NCBI GenBank assembly: GCA_937928005.1
Contig: CALFVD010000055.1
Location: 3,516-67,515, forward strand
Direction of reading: 5' to 3'
Length of the DNA stretch: 64,000 nt
Source: an uncultured Neomegalonema sp.
GTDB lineage: Bacteria; Pseudomonadota; Alphaproteobacteria; Rhodobacterales; Rhodobacteraceae
Within the stretch, counting starts at the first letter, position 1, and each line of letters starts with the position of its first letter. The notes beneath the pieces were generated by a model that made no database searches, had not been told where the DNA came from, and saw only the letters and a list, made by a program, of their open reading frames with translations. The position numbers and the translations under genes are program-made. This document shows, piece after piece, positions 38,941 through 48,411 of this stretch.

Positions 38941-40134
38941 ATGGAGATCAGCATGATAAAGAAATTTCGCCCTGCCGCGATTGCGGCGCTATTCCTGACG
39001 GTCGGTAGCGGTGTTGCGCTGGCTGAGGGAGACCTCTTCATTCGTGAACTGACCATAACCCCAGAACAGGCCGCGCTGCACGCGCCGCGACCGTCCGACC
39101 CCCGCGCGTTGGAGGAAGCTTTGGCCGAGGCGGTAATCCGCGAAGGGAATGCACGGCGGGTAGAGATTGGCCTGCGCCCGCTATCCTCCGATCCGGCACT
39201 GGCCGAGGCCGCCCGTCGATACAGTCAAAAAATGCGGGACTTGGCATTCTTTGCCCATGATGCGCCCGATGGCGAAACGCTTGAAAAGCGCCTACCTGTG
39301 GAAGCGAAATTCCGCTATTCGCAGCTTGGCGAAAATCTTTGGTCTGGTCAGGGCGCATTGGATTGGCAAGCAAGTAGCCTATCAGCGCAGGCGACCGAGG
39401 ATTGGATTCTCAGCCCTAGCCACCGCGATAACCTGCTCGAACCAAACTATGAAGTAGCGGGGGTTGGCGTTGCGGTCGATCTGGATCAGATATTCATTAC
39501 AATGCTTTATGCAAGACCACAAATTGATGCGGCATCGGCGCGATTGGGGCCGGTTTTTAGCTCTGCCCCCGCCGACCTCTATGGCTTGACCGGGAATGTC
39601 GAGCGTGAGGCGCTGCTGACGCTGAATGAAGCACGGCGCGAAGTGGCGCTGACGCCGCTGGCAATGGACGAGACATTGGCGCGTGAAGCACGCGCCCATG
39701 CCGAGGCAACGCTTTCTGCGGGTGGCCTGCCCGCCGCATCGACGCAGGGCGAGCCAGTGCTGCGCCGGGTGCTGGACGATCCGGCGAACCGGACAAGCGC
39801 GCTATCCATGCTGGTATGGGAAGCATCGGGCGGCATCGTCTGGGAAAGCGCCTCGCTGTCGCGGGCGGCGCTGCGGTCATGGCGCAAGCAAGGCGCGAGC
39901 ATGACGGATATCCTGAATTCAGGCTATTCACGCGCAGGAATCGGGGCGGCAAGCGATGGGAACCGGGTGTTTATTTCGGTATTGCTGAGCGAGACGAGCG
40001 CACCGTATACGCAGGTCTTCAGCAGCAATACGGTGGATACCGTGCCGGTACTGACCAGCGGCCAGCCGCTATCGGTTATTAATGGTGGGACGTTGAGCAC
40101 GCTGTCGGGTGGTAGTTTCGTAACGCTGGAATAG
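38941..40134 (+). CDS. Secreted protein with two CAP/SCP domains
   Basis: N..R...GL.PL, FAH, GENL, W..SPSHR.NLL; second degenerate copy. Confidence 0.85.
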   Translation: MEISMIKKFRPAAIAALFLTVGSGVALAEGDLFIRELTITPEQAALHAPRPSDPRALEEALAEAVIREGNARRVEIGLRPLSSDPALAEAARRYSQKMRDLAFFAHDAPDGETLEKRLPVEAKFRYSQLGENLWSGQGALDWQASSLSAQATEDWILSPSHRDNLLEPNYEVAGVGVAVDLDQIFITMLYARPQIDAASARLGPVFSSAPADLYGLTGNVEREALLTLNEARREVALTPLAMDETLAREARAHAEATLSAGGLPAASTQGEPVLRRVLDDPANRTSALSMLVWEASGGIVWESASLSRAALRSWRKQGASMTDILNSGYSRAGIGAASDGNRVFISVLLSETSAPYTQVFSSNTVDTVPVLTSGQPLSVINGGTLSTLSGGSFVTLE

Positions 40135-40137
40135 GCT

Positions 40138-40746
40138 TCAAAAACCCTTTCGTGCCCTGAAGGCGGCGGTGATTGTACCGTCGTCTAGGTAATCGAGTTC
40201 ACCACCAATAGGCACGCCTTGGGCCAATGTGGTCAGGGCAGCGCCGGTCCCTTCAAGGGCATCGGCGATGTAATGGCCGGTGGTAGCGCCATCGATGGTG
40301 GCGTTGAGGGCGAGGATAACTTCTGTTACGCCCTCCGCCCGCACCCGCGCAGCAAGGTCGGGGATACGTAGGTCTTCGGGGGAAATACCGTCGAGGGCCG
40401 AAAGCACGCCGCCAAGAACATGGTAGCGGCCCTTGAAAGCCCCTGCCCGCTCCATCGCCCAAAGATCGCCCGCCTGCTCGACCACGCAAAGCGCCGTACC
40501 ACTGCGGGCTGGATCACAGCAAATGCCGCAAGGATCACGGGTGTCGATGGCACCGCAAACTGAACATTCAGTAACCGTCTGGGCCACATCAGCCATGGCT
40601 TTTGCCAGCGGTTCCAACAGTATCTCACGCTTGCGAATCAACGCCAGCGCCGCCCGCCGACCGGAGCGGGGGCCGAAACCGGGCAGCTTTGCGAGCAAGT
40701 CGATAAGACGCTGAATCTCGTCGCCGCTGTTATGATTGGAATTCAC
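40138..40746 (-). CDS. recR: Recombination mediator RecR
   Basis: LPG.GP.S, C4 zinc finger, [13 protein letters not shown]. Confidence 0.97.
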   Translation of the reverse strand: MNSNHNSGDEIQRLIDLLAKLPGFGPRSGRRAALALIRKREILLEPLAKAMADVAQTVTECSVCGAIDTRDPCGICCDPARSGTALCVVEQAGDLWAMERAGAFKGRYHVLGGVLSALDGISPEDLRIPDLAARVRAEGVTEVILALNATIDGATTGHYIADALEGTGAALTTLAQGVPIGGELDYLDDGTITAAFRARKGF

Positions 40747-40868
40747 GTCGATGGGATTGCCCTCGTTATCTGAGGGCTGATTCTAGGGGGTATCGGGGGG
40801 ATGTAAAGGCGGGCTTTGACAGGGACGCGATGATCTTTCACCGTGTGTCCCGAACAGGAGACCCGCCT

Positions 40869-42038
40869 ATGCCCGCCGCCCTTAATCCCGCCATCGACCG
40901 GCTCGACACGCCCGCCATTCCAGCCGTGCAAGCCTGGGCGCGAGGGTATGGGGGGGCATGTGGGCCATTGCTCGACCTAAGCCAAGCCGTGCCGGGCTAT
41001 CCACCACCCCCCGAAATGCTGCGCTGGCTGGGCGAGGCAGCCGGGTCGGCGGGGGCCACTGGCTATGGCGATATCGAAGGGGAGGCGGCGCTACGCGAGG
41101 CATATGCGGCGCATGTCTCCGGGCTGTATGGCGCGGCGGTGGTAATGGGGGAGACGCATATTACGTCGGGCTGCAATCAAGCCTTCGTCGCCGCCGCGAT
41201 GACCGTGGCGGGGGCTGGTGATGCGGTGCTGATGACAACGCCATGCTATTTCAACCACGAGAGCACGCTGGCGATGCTGGGGATCGGGACGCGATTCGTG
41301 GAATGTCGGGCTGAGGATGGGTTTTTGCCTGACCCGGAGGCCGTACGGGCGGCATTGACGCCGGAGGTGCGGGCGTTTGCACTGGTCAGCCCGAACAATC
41401 CGACAGGATGCATCTACCCCGCCGATTTACTGGATCAGCTATTCGATATCTGCCACGAGGCGGGGGTGTGGCTGATCGTGGACGAGACGTATCGCGACTT
41501 CATGGCGGCAAAGGAGCGGCATAGGTTGCTACGCCGGGTGGATTGGCGCGAAGGGCTGATACAGCTCTACAGTTTCTCGAAATCCTTCTGTATTCCGGGG
41601 CATCGGTTGGGGGCAATTGTGGCCGGAAACCGCGTGATCGAGGGAATCGCTAAGGTCATGGATAATCTGCAAATCTGCGCCCCTCGTGCGGCGCAGATGG
41701 CGGTTGCGAAGGGGCTGGAGCCGCTGGCCGAGTGGCGCGAAGCGAACCGGGCGGAAATCGGTCGACGGGCTGAGGCTCTGCGCAGGGCGATGGCCGAGGC
41801 ACCGGGATGGGAGATTGGAGCGATGGGAGCATATTTCGCCTATATACGGCATCCATTTGCGGGGCGTAGCTCGGTTGAGGTGGCACGGATATTAGCCGAA
41901 CGGGCGGGGGTTTCCTGCCTCCCGGGGGCATTTTTTGGTGAGGGGCAGGAGGCGTATTTACGCATCGCGTTTGCCAATGCCGATGTGGAAACGATTGGGC
42001 AACTTAGCGGACGGCTGAAAGGGTTGAGCGATGCTTGA
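40869..42038 (+). CDS. Class I/II PLP aminotransferase
   Basis: SPNNPTG, DETY, SFSKSF..PG.R.G. Confidence 0.9.
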   Translation: MPAALNPAIDRLDTPAIPAVQAWARGYGGACGPLLDLSQAVPGYPPPPEMLRWLGEAAGSAGATGYGDIEGEAALREAYAAHVSGLYGAAVVMGETHITSGCNQAFVAAAMTVAGAGDAVLMTTPCYFNHESTLAMLGIGTRFVECRAEDGFLPDPEAVRAALTPEVRAFALVSPNNPTGCIYPADLLDQLFDICHEAGVWLIVDETYRDFMAAKERHRLLRRVDWREGLIQLYSFSKSFCIPGHRLGAIVAGNRVIEGIAKVMDNLQICAPRAAQMAVAKGLEPLAEWREANRAEIGRRAEALRRAMAEAPGWEIGAMGAYFAYIRHPFAGRSSVEVARILAERAGVSCLPGAFFGEGQEAYLRIAFANADVETIGQLSGRLKGLSDA

Positions 42039-43356
42039 GAAACGGTCATGGGTGCCCGGTGCCTGCGAAACGCGGGTGATGGAGATTGCAGGCGAGACAA
42101 TGGGCAGGTCGCCCGCCGAATCCGCCACGCGAATCGAGGTGTTGGCGGCGCAAAACCGTGAAATTCACGAGCGGGAATGCTTTAATCTGAATCCCGCAAC
42201 CAACGTGATGAACCCCCGCGCCGAGGCGATGCTGTCGGCGGGGATCGGGTCGCGGCCTTCGCTGGGCTATCCGGGCGACAAGTATGAGATGGGGCTGGAG
42301 GCCATCGAGGAAATCGAGGTCATCTGTGCTGAACTTTGCGCGCAGGTTTTCGACGCGAAATATGCGGAAATCCGCGTGCCTTCGGGGGCACTGGCCAATC
42401 TCTATGGCTTTATGGCGACCTGTAAGGCGGGGGATACGATCATCGCGCCACCCGCCAGCATCGGCGGGCATGTGACGCATCATCTGGCCGGATGCGCAGG
42501 GCTTTTCGGATTGCGCATAGTGGATGCGCCGGTCGATGCGGATGGGTATTCGGTCGATGTGGCGGGCCTACGGGCGCTGGCACGGGAGGTGAATCCGAAG
42601 CTGATCACAGTGGGAGGGAGCCTGAATCTGTTTGAGCATCCCGTGGCCGAGGTACGCGAGATTGCCGACGAGATGGGCGCGAAAGTGATGTTCGATGCGG
42701 CCCATCAATGCGGGATCATTGCCGGACGTGCATGGCGCAATCCGCTGGCCGAAGGCGCGCATTTTATGACGATGAGCACATATAAAAGCCTCGGTGGACC
42801 GGCAGGCGGGCTGATCGTCACAAATGATGCGGAGATCGCCGAGCGGCTGGATGCCATTGCTTTTCCGGGGATGACGGCGAATTTCGACGCGGCAAAATCA
42901 GCGGCACTGGCCCTTACGATGGTAGATTGGGTTGAGCATGGGGCCGATTACGCGCGGGAGATGATTGCGGTGGCGCAAGGCTTTGCGGCGGCATTGGACC
43001 GGGCGGGCTTGCCGGTATTTGCGGCGGATCGAGGGTTCACCCGCTCGCATCAATTCGCTGTGGAGGCGGCAGCGTTTGGCGGCGGGCAAGCGGCGTCAAA
43101 GACCTTGCGCAAGGCGGGATTCCTCGCCTGTGGTATCGGGTTGCCGATTGCGGAAGTGGCTGGGGATATGAATGGGCTGCGAATCGGGACGCCGGAACTG
43201 GTGCGCTGGGGCGTGACGGTCGAGCGGGTCGGCGAGGTTGCCGAGCTTGTGGCGCGGGCGCTGCGCGCAGATGATCCGTCGGCATTGGCGGCGGAGACAC
43301 GGGCGTTACGGGGGAAATTTAGGCTGCTAAGCTACGTGGTTGGGTCATACATGTGA
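42031..43356 (+). CDS. SHMT-fold PLP enzyme, alpha-methylserine aldolase-like
   Basis: HERECFNLNPATN, SRPSLGYPGDKYEMGLE, FDAAH, STYKSL.GP, PG.TANFDAAK. Confidence 0.8.
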   Translation: MLEKRSWVPGACETRVMEIAGETMGRSPAESATRIEVLAAQNREIHERECFNLNPATNVMNPRAEAMLSAGIGSRPSLGYPGDKYEMGLEAIEEIEVICAELCAQVFDAKYAEIRVPSGALANLYGFMATCKAGDTIIAPPASIGGHVTHHLAGCAGLFGLRIVDAPVDADGYSVDVAGLRALAREVNPKLITVGGSLNLFEHPVAEVREIADEMGAKVMFDAAHQCGIIAGRAWRNPLAEGAHFMTMSTYKSLGGPAGGLIVTNDAEIAERLDAIAFPGMTANFDAAKSAALALTMVDWVEHGADYAREMIAVAQGFAAALDRAGLPVFAADRGFTRSHQFAVEAAAFGGGQAASKTLRKAGFLACGIGLPIAEVAGDMNGLRIGTPELVRWGVTVERVGEVAELVARALRADDPSALAAETRALRGKFRLLSYVVGSYM

Positions 43357-43436
43357 CCTTTGCCTTCGGTCGTTTTCACCCCGACTTCGTGGCTCCGCGA
43401 GGCCCCGGCTCGTTGGCCGGGGCTGCGGATGCAATA

Positions 43437-43778
43437 TTACTGACCCATTAGGCCCGGTGGGAGGGGCATGTCGCCCATCATTTTTTGCATTTCTTCCTGC
43501 GCGCGGATGCCCGCTTTTTCTTGGGCTGCAGAGATGGCGGCGATGATGAGGTCTTGGACGACTTCGGCGTCTTCGGGCTTCATCAGGCTGGGGTCGATCT
43601 TGAGAGCGACCAGCTTGCCTTTGGCATTCGCGGTCGCCATGACCATGCCCGCGCCGGATGATCCTTCGACATGGATATGCTCAAGCGCCTCCTGCGCCTC
43701 CAAGGCTTTTGCCTGCATTTCCTTGGCTTGGCTCATCAGCTTGCCAATATCGGCCATATTTTTCAGTCCGTCGAACAT
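43437..43778 (-). CDS. ybaB: YbaB/EbfC nucleoid-associated protein
   Basis: QAKEMQ, GSSGAGMV, IDPSL, DLI.AA. Confidence 0.95.
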   Translation of the reverse strand: MFDGLKNMADIGKLMSQAKEMQAKALEAQEALEHIHVEGSSGAGMVMATANAKGKLVALKIDPSLMKPEDAEVVQDLIIAAISAAQEKAGIRAQEEMQKMMGDMPLPPGLMGQ

Positions 43779-45575
43779 TCAGTTCTCTCCCAGAAGATCC
43801 ATCCCGTCGTCGTCCTCATCGTCTTCGAGGTCGTCGAACTCCTCAGGCATATCGGGTGTGGTTGCACTCACCGTCAAGGGTATCGACCGGATTTCCGCAT
43901 CGGGGAAGGCGGCAAGGCCCGCCGCGACGAGGGGGTGGCGGCGCACACGCATGTCGAGGCTTGCGGCTGCCGATGCTTCGGTTTCGGCAAGCGTCGGCAA
44001 TCCATCTTTATCGCCTATCGACACTATCCAGCGGGTATCGGTCCATGCGTTTAGTTTGGTCGCAAGGGTTCCGGCAAGATCTTCCGGGGCGCCATTGGCA
44101 GGGCGAAACTCAATGCGTCCGGGTTTGTAGGAAATCAGCCGAACGAAGGACCGAACATTTGTGTGAAGAATACCATCACGCTTTTTACTGATAAGCGCGA
44201 CAACGGCGTCGAAATCTTGCGGGAGATCGGCAGTCTCCGCATGGGGCGCGGGGTCTGGGGTCGCTTTAGGCTGGGCCGAAGATGTGGCGACTCGTAACGG
44301 CGGGCTGACCGGGGCGGAAACTGGTTGCGAGGCAACGGCTTGCATGGGCGCGCGGGCGGTTGCGCCGCCTCCCCCGCCTTTCGGGGCCGGGGGTGTGGCG
44401 GCGGGGGCGTGGTCGCCGCTCTCAAGTTTGCGGATCAGGTCATCAGGGGTGGGCAGGTCAGAGACAGCACATAGGCGGATGACGCTCATCTCGGCGGCCA
44501 TGAGAGGGGATGGCGCGGCGCGGGTTTCTTCCAATGCTTTCAACAGCATCTGCCATGACCGGGCCAGCACGCGCATGGGCAGTTGTTCAGCCAGTTCTTT
44601 GCCCCGCGCGCGGGTCTCGGCGGGGAGCGAAGGGTCGTCAGCAATATCGGGCGCAACTTTCAAGGTCGAGAGCCAATGGGCAGTTTCGGCGAGGTCGTTG
44701 AGGGTGACTTCGGGGTCGGCACCAGAGCGATATTGATCGCGCAACTCGGCCAACGCCGCCGCCGCCTCGCCCCGCATGATCATCGCAAAGAGATCTATGA
44801 CGCGGCCCCGGTCGGCCAGCCCCAGCATTGAGCGGATCGCGGCGGCATCGCTACCCCCATCGGCGATGGCTTGGTCGAGTAGCGATAGCGCATCACGCAC
44901 AGACCCCTCCGCCGCACGGGCGATAAGGGCGAGGGCTTCGGCATCAATGGTAACGCCTTCGGCCTCCACGACACTGGCGAGATGGGCGACGAGGCGGTCA
45001 GGTTCGACACGGCGTAGGTCGAACCGTTGACATCGTGACAAGACCGTGACCGGCATCTTGCGGATCTCGGTGGTGGCGAACAGGAATTTGACATGGGCGG
45101 GCGGCTCTTCGAGCGTCTTCAACAACCCGTTGAAGGCGTTCTTCGAGAGCATATGCGTCTCGTCGATGATGTAGACTTTGTAGCGGCCAATGGCGGGGCG
45201 GTATTTTGCGCCCTCGATAATCTCGCGGATATCGTCGATGCCTGTATGGGATGCGGCGTCGAGCTCGATCACGTCGACATGGCGACCCTCGGCGATGGCG
45301 GTGCAGTTCTCGCAGGTGCCGCAGGGTTCGACGGTGGGGCCGCCCTGCCCGTCCTCGCCGATACAGTTCAATCCCTTGGCGATGATGCGGGCGGTGGTGG
45401 TCTTGCCGACACCACGCACGCCAGTCAGGACGTAGGCATGGTGGATGCGGCCCGATGCGAAGGCATTGCGCAGCACGCGCACCATCGCCTCCTGCCCAAT
45501 CAGGGCATCGAAATCCTGTGGTCGGTATTTGCGGGCGAGAACCTGATAGGCTCCCTGTTGGTCATCTGTAGCCAT
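43779..45575 (-). CDS. dnaX: DNA polymerase III gamma/tau subunit
   Basis: VLARKYRP, GVGKTT, LLKTLEEPP, SRCQRF. Confidence 0.97.
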   Translation of the reverse strand: MATDDQQGAYQVLARKYRPQDFDALIGQEAMVRVLRNAFASGRIHHAYVLTGVRGVGKTTTARIIAKGLNCIGEDGQGGPTVEPCGTCENCTAIAEGRHVDVIELDAASHTGIDDIREIIEGAKYRPAIGRYKVYIIDETHMLSKNAFNGLLKTLEEPPAHVKFLFATTEIRKMPVTVLSRCQRFDLRRVEPDRLVAHLASVVEAEGVTIDAEALALIARAAEGSVRDALSLLDQAIADGGSDAAAIRSMLGLADRGRVIDLFAMIMRGEAAAALAELRDQYRSGADPEVTLNDLAETAHWLSTLKVAPDIADDPSLPAETRARGKELAEQLPMRVLARSWQMLLKALEETRAAPSPLMAAEMSVIRLCAVSDLPTPDDLIRKLESGDHAPAATPPAPKGGGGGATARAPMQAVASQPVSAPVSPPLRVATSSAQPKATPDPAPHAETADLPQDFDAVVALISKKRDGILHTNVRSFVRLISYKPGRIEFRPANGAPEDLAGTLATKLNAWTDTRWIVSIGDKDGLPTLAETEASAAASLDMRVRRHPLVAAGLAAFPDAEIRSIPLTVSATTPDMPEEFDDLEDDEDDDGMDLLGEN

Positions 45576-45666
45576 ACATCGTGTATTTCATCGCAAAGCG
45601 ACGCTGGCAAGACCATGCGCGTTTGTTGAGGCTCCGCCCAAGGGGCAGAGCCTCCGTTTACTGGGA

Positions 45667-45954
45667 TCAGCGACCCATCATATTCTTGACGACACCGATA
45701 ATGGCCATAAGCGCACCGCCGCCGACACCGCCCGAAGCAAGGCTACCAACGATGGAGCCGACATCCATGCCGCCCCCCGCCGCAGCCGCCGTGCCACCCG
45801 CACCGAGCATTCCAAGAATGCTACCACCCAGACCACCACCAGCGATACCGGCGACCGAGTTACCGAGCGTTCCAAGGCTGAGGTTTTTAAACAAACCACC
45901 AGCGACATTACCGCCAACTGCACCGGAGATGAGCGAAACCAAAAGTGCCATCAT
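45667..45954 (-). CDS. Gly-rich small membrane protein
   Basis: GGAGA RBS; GAVGGN.AG, SLG.LGNS.AG..GG; terminator-like hairpin at ~45628-45655. Confidence 0.8.
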   Translation of the reverse strand: MMALLVSLISGAVGGNVAGGLFKNLSLGTLGNSVAGIAGGGLGGSILGMLGAGGTAAAAGGGMDVGSIVGSLASGGVGGGALMAIIGVVKNMMGR

Positions 45955-46085
45955 GAAATTATTCTCCCTTTGTGCCCTATGACTGAATGTCGCAGGACCA
46001 TGGGCGTAACGTTGTGAATCTCACAAAAATGTCAAGTCTTCACCCCCGAAAAGTTAACGATGAGAACAAGACCGTTGCCGATGCT

Positions 46086-46598
46086 CTACCCATGACAATG
46101 CTTGGTTTTCTTGCCTTGACCACACCAGCAGGGGGCGTTCGCGGCGCTCTTGTAGGGGGCGAGATGCTCGCCGCTCACATAGACCCAGCGCCCGTCTTCA
46201 CGCTCGAAACGAGAGCGTTCGTGAATCTGGCTGATCGGCATTTCCATCCCGGCCAGCTTCATCGCCGGGCCGAGATCGGGCATGTGAGGGCGAAAGGCGG
46301 CGACGAAGGTAACTTCGCCCAAGGTATCCTGCGGCCCGCCTTGCTTGGTGTCGAAGACGATGAGGTTCAGCCATTCCATGCGCGTAATCTCGCTGCGCAG
46401 ATCAGCGCGGGCCGCAGGCGTGGAGGAGCCGGTGCGGTCGGTTGCGAGGATGTAATCGGGTTTGCGCTCGTGGAAGGCCGTATAGCGCGACCGCATCAGC
46501 GCCTCCGCCGTCGGCGCGTTGGCCGCCCCCGTGAGATATGGCTCGCAGCAAGTGGCGAAGGGCTGGCCGGAGCCACAGGGGCAGGATCTCGCTATCAC
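46086..46598 (-). CDS. ychJ: YchJ family SEC-C motif protein
   Basis: CPCGSG, AEALMRSRYTAF, HERSRF, W.Y..G, C-terminal C.CG.GKK.K.C. Confidence 0.9.
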   Translation of the reverse strand: MIARSCPCGSGQPFATCCEPYLTGAANAPTAEALMRSRYTAFHERKPDYILATDRTGSSTPAARADLRSEITRMEWLNLIVFDTKQGGPQDTLGEVTFVAAFRPHMPDLGPAMKLAGMEMPISQIHERSRFEREDGRWVYVSGEHLAPYKSAANAPCWCGQGKKTKHCHG

Positions 46599-46646
46599 GT
46601 TCGTCTCTCCGATTTCATCTTTACTGTGACAGAAAATCATCTGCTA

Positions 46647-46661
46647 TTGACAGATTTGTCA
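46647..46661 (+). promoter_or_regulatory. TTGACA -35 overlapping a palindrome
   Basis: TGACA-GATT-TGTCA at 46648-46661. Confidence 0.5.
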
Positions 46662-46699
46662 CATGCCAATACGGCCTGCCCATCGCAAAAGGGATAGCA

Positions 46700-46840
46700 A
46701 TGGCGCACACACTCAACTTTTCGCAACCGTTACTCGCCACGATCCGTCGTGCCGATTGCGATGCGTATGCGAGTGTATCAGTCAATCCACGCGCGAAGGC
46801 ATATTCAGCCCTTGCCCCATCCCCGGTCCCGATTCCCTAA
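46700..46840 (+). CDS. Putative 46 aa leader peptide ending ...APSPVPIP-stop
   Basis: AAGGGA RBS; lies between the promoter and the terminator upstream of the RNA ligase. Confidence 0.45.
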   Translation: MAHTLNFSQPLLATIRRADCDAYASVSVNPRAKAYSALAPSPVPIP

Positions 46841-46866
46841 ACCTTAACGGTTTTCAGTGAATTATC

Positions 46867-46899
46867 AGGCGTCCGGGGAAACTCGGACGCCTTTTCTTT
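46867..46899 (+). terminator. Leader terminator/attenuator
   Basis: AGGCGTCCGGG-GAAA-CTCGGACGCCT then TTTCTTT, directly before the GGAG RBS. Confidence 0.75.
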
Positions 46900-46912
46900 G
46901 TGGAGAAAAGCC

Positions 46913-48043
46913 ATGCTCGTGACAATCGAAACCATAGACGATGTTCTGCCCCATCTAACATTGGGCAACGGGATTAGCGTGCTGGACCGTCCCGGCAATC
47001 ACAAGACCATTGATTACGGTTACCAGACGAATGATACGTTCGACTCGGATATGGCGCTACAATGCCGAGGGCTGAAATTCGATTCCAACGGGCGGATTAT
47101 CGCGCGGCCTTTTCACAAGTTCTTCAACATCTACGAGCGTGAAGACCCTACCCAGATCGACTGGTCACGCCCCCATGTCATCATGGACAAGATGGACGGG
47201 TCCATGGTGCATCCGGCGATGCTGAACGGCGAGATGGTGTTCATGACGCGGATGGGGGTAACGCGCCATTCCGAAGCGGCCTATGCCCATGCCACGGCGG
47301 GCGTACTTGACCTCTGCCGCGCAGAGATTGCGGCGGGTCGCACGCCGATGTTTGAGTATACGGGACCAGAAAACCGGATCGTGCTGGCCTATGATGCTCC
47401 GGCGTTGACCCTACTCGCCAGCCGGGAAATGGTGTCGGGCGCATATCTGTCGCATGATGCGTTGTTGGCGCTGGGCGAGCGGTTTGGGGTGGCGGTTGCC
47501 GCGAGTTTTGGTTCGGTTGCGGAGATTCGGGCATTCATCGAGGAAAGCCGCGCCCTGCCCGATATCGAGGGTTATGTAATTGCCTTCGATGATGGACATC
47601 GGTTGAAGCTAAAGACCGATGGATATGTCTTGCGCCACCGCGCCTTTGCGGGGCTGCATAACGAGAAGAACGTGTTGAACTGGGTGGTCGAGGATGCGGT
47701 GGATGACGTGATCCCGCTAATCTCGGAAGAGGCTGGCGACCGCGTAAAAGCTTATCGTGATGCAGTGATGCGCTCGGTCATGCAGCATGTTGCAACTATC
47801 GAAGGGTTTCATGCCGCGCACAAAGACGGGCCACGCAAGGACTACGCGATTGCGGCAGGAAAAACCCTGCCCAAGCCTCTCGTATCGGCGGCGTTCGCCG
47901 TGCTGGATGGTGGCTCGGCGCGCGATGCCGTGATGAAGCATCTTGCTTGGGCTGGGCATTCGGAAACACGGGTGGATCAGGTGCGCAAGCTCTACGATCT
48001 GTCGTGGTCGACCGAGGGGTTTGCGGAACCTGAAGCAACGTGA
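46913..48043 (+). CDS. T4 Rnl1 (RnlA) family ATP-dependent RNA ligase
   Basis: CRGL.F, RPF.KFFN, motif I KMDGS, FEY...NRIV, motif IV EGYV, motif V KLK. Confidence 0.88.
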   Translation: MLVTIETIDDVLPHLTLGNGISVLDRPGNHKTIDYGYQTNDTFDSDMALQCRGLKFDSNGRIIARPFHKFFNIYEREDPTQIDWSRPHVIMDKMDGSMVHPAMLNGEMVFMTRMGVTRHSEAAYAHATAGVLDLCRAEIAAGRTPMFEYTGPENRIVLAYDAPALTLLASREMVSGAYLSHDALLALGERFGVAVAASFGSVAEIRAFIEESRALPDIEGYVIAFDDGHRLKLKTDGYVLRHRAFAGLHNEKNVLNWVVEDAVDDVIPLISEEAGDRVKAYRDAVMRSVMQHVATIEGFHAAHKDGPRKDYAIAAGKTLPKPLVSAAFAVLDGGSARDAVMKHLAWAGHSETRVDQVRKLYDLSWSTEGFAEPEAT

Positions 48044-48050
48044 ACGATTT

Positions 48051-48080
48051 CGGACCGGGCCTTAATAAAGGCCCGGTCCG
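48051..48080. terminator. Perfect hairpin between convergent genes
   Basis: CGGACCGGGCCTT-AATA-AAGGCCCGGTCCG. Confidence 0.7.
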
Positions 48081-48085
48081 GTTGC

Positions 48086-48373
48086 TTAAACTCCCTCCAC
48101 GATGACGATTTCCGAGGCGGAATAGGCTTGGCGCAGTTTGGCGGCCTCTTGGTATCCGGCGGAGTTGTAGCATTCGAGCGCGCGGGCGTAGCTGTCGAAC
48201 TCAACCACCACATGCCGCGAGCGAATCGTGCCTTCTGGGCCTTCGCAAGCGCCACCCCGTACAAGGAACGTACCGCCGAATTCTTCAAGGACGGGGGTAT
48301 CAAGCTTTACGTATTCCGGGTAGTGCTCAGCATCGGTAACATCGACGTGAACGATCCAGTAACCTTTAGGCAT
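48086..48373 (-). CDS. DUF1330 protein
   Basis: GG.FLVRGG, EG, VVEF.S...A...Y.S..YQ. Confidence 0.92.
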   Translation of the reverse strand: MPKGYWIVHVDVTDAEHYPEYVKLDTPVLEEFGGTFLVRGGACEGPEGTIRSRHVVVEFDSYARALECYNSAGYQEAAKLRQAYSASEIVIVEGV

Positions 48374-48411
48374 GTCTTGTTTCCTGACAAAAGTTTTCGG
48401 CGAAAGGGCGC

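Noticed and set aside
43779..45575. Programmed -1 frameshift in dnaX
   Set aside because: No A AAA AAG-type slippery site noticed; the Pro/Ala-rich linker is ordinary
45576..45666. SRP RNA (ffs), often found upstream of dnaX
   Set aside because: No SRP helix-8 signature seen; only a terminator-like hairpin of the upstream gene
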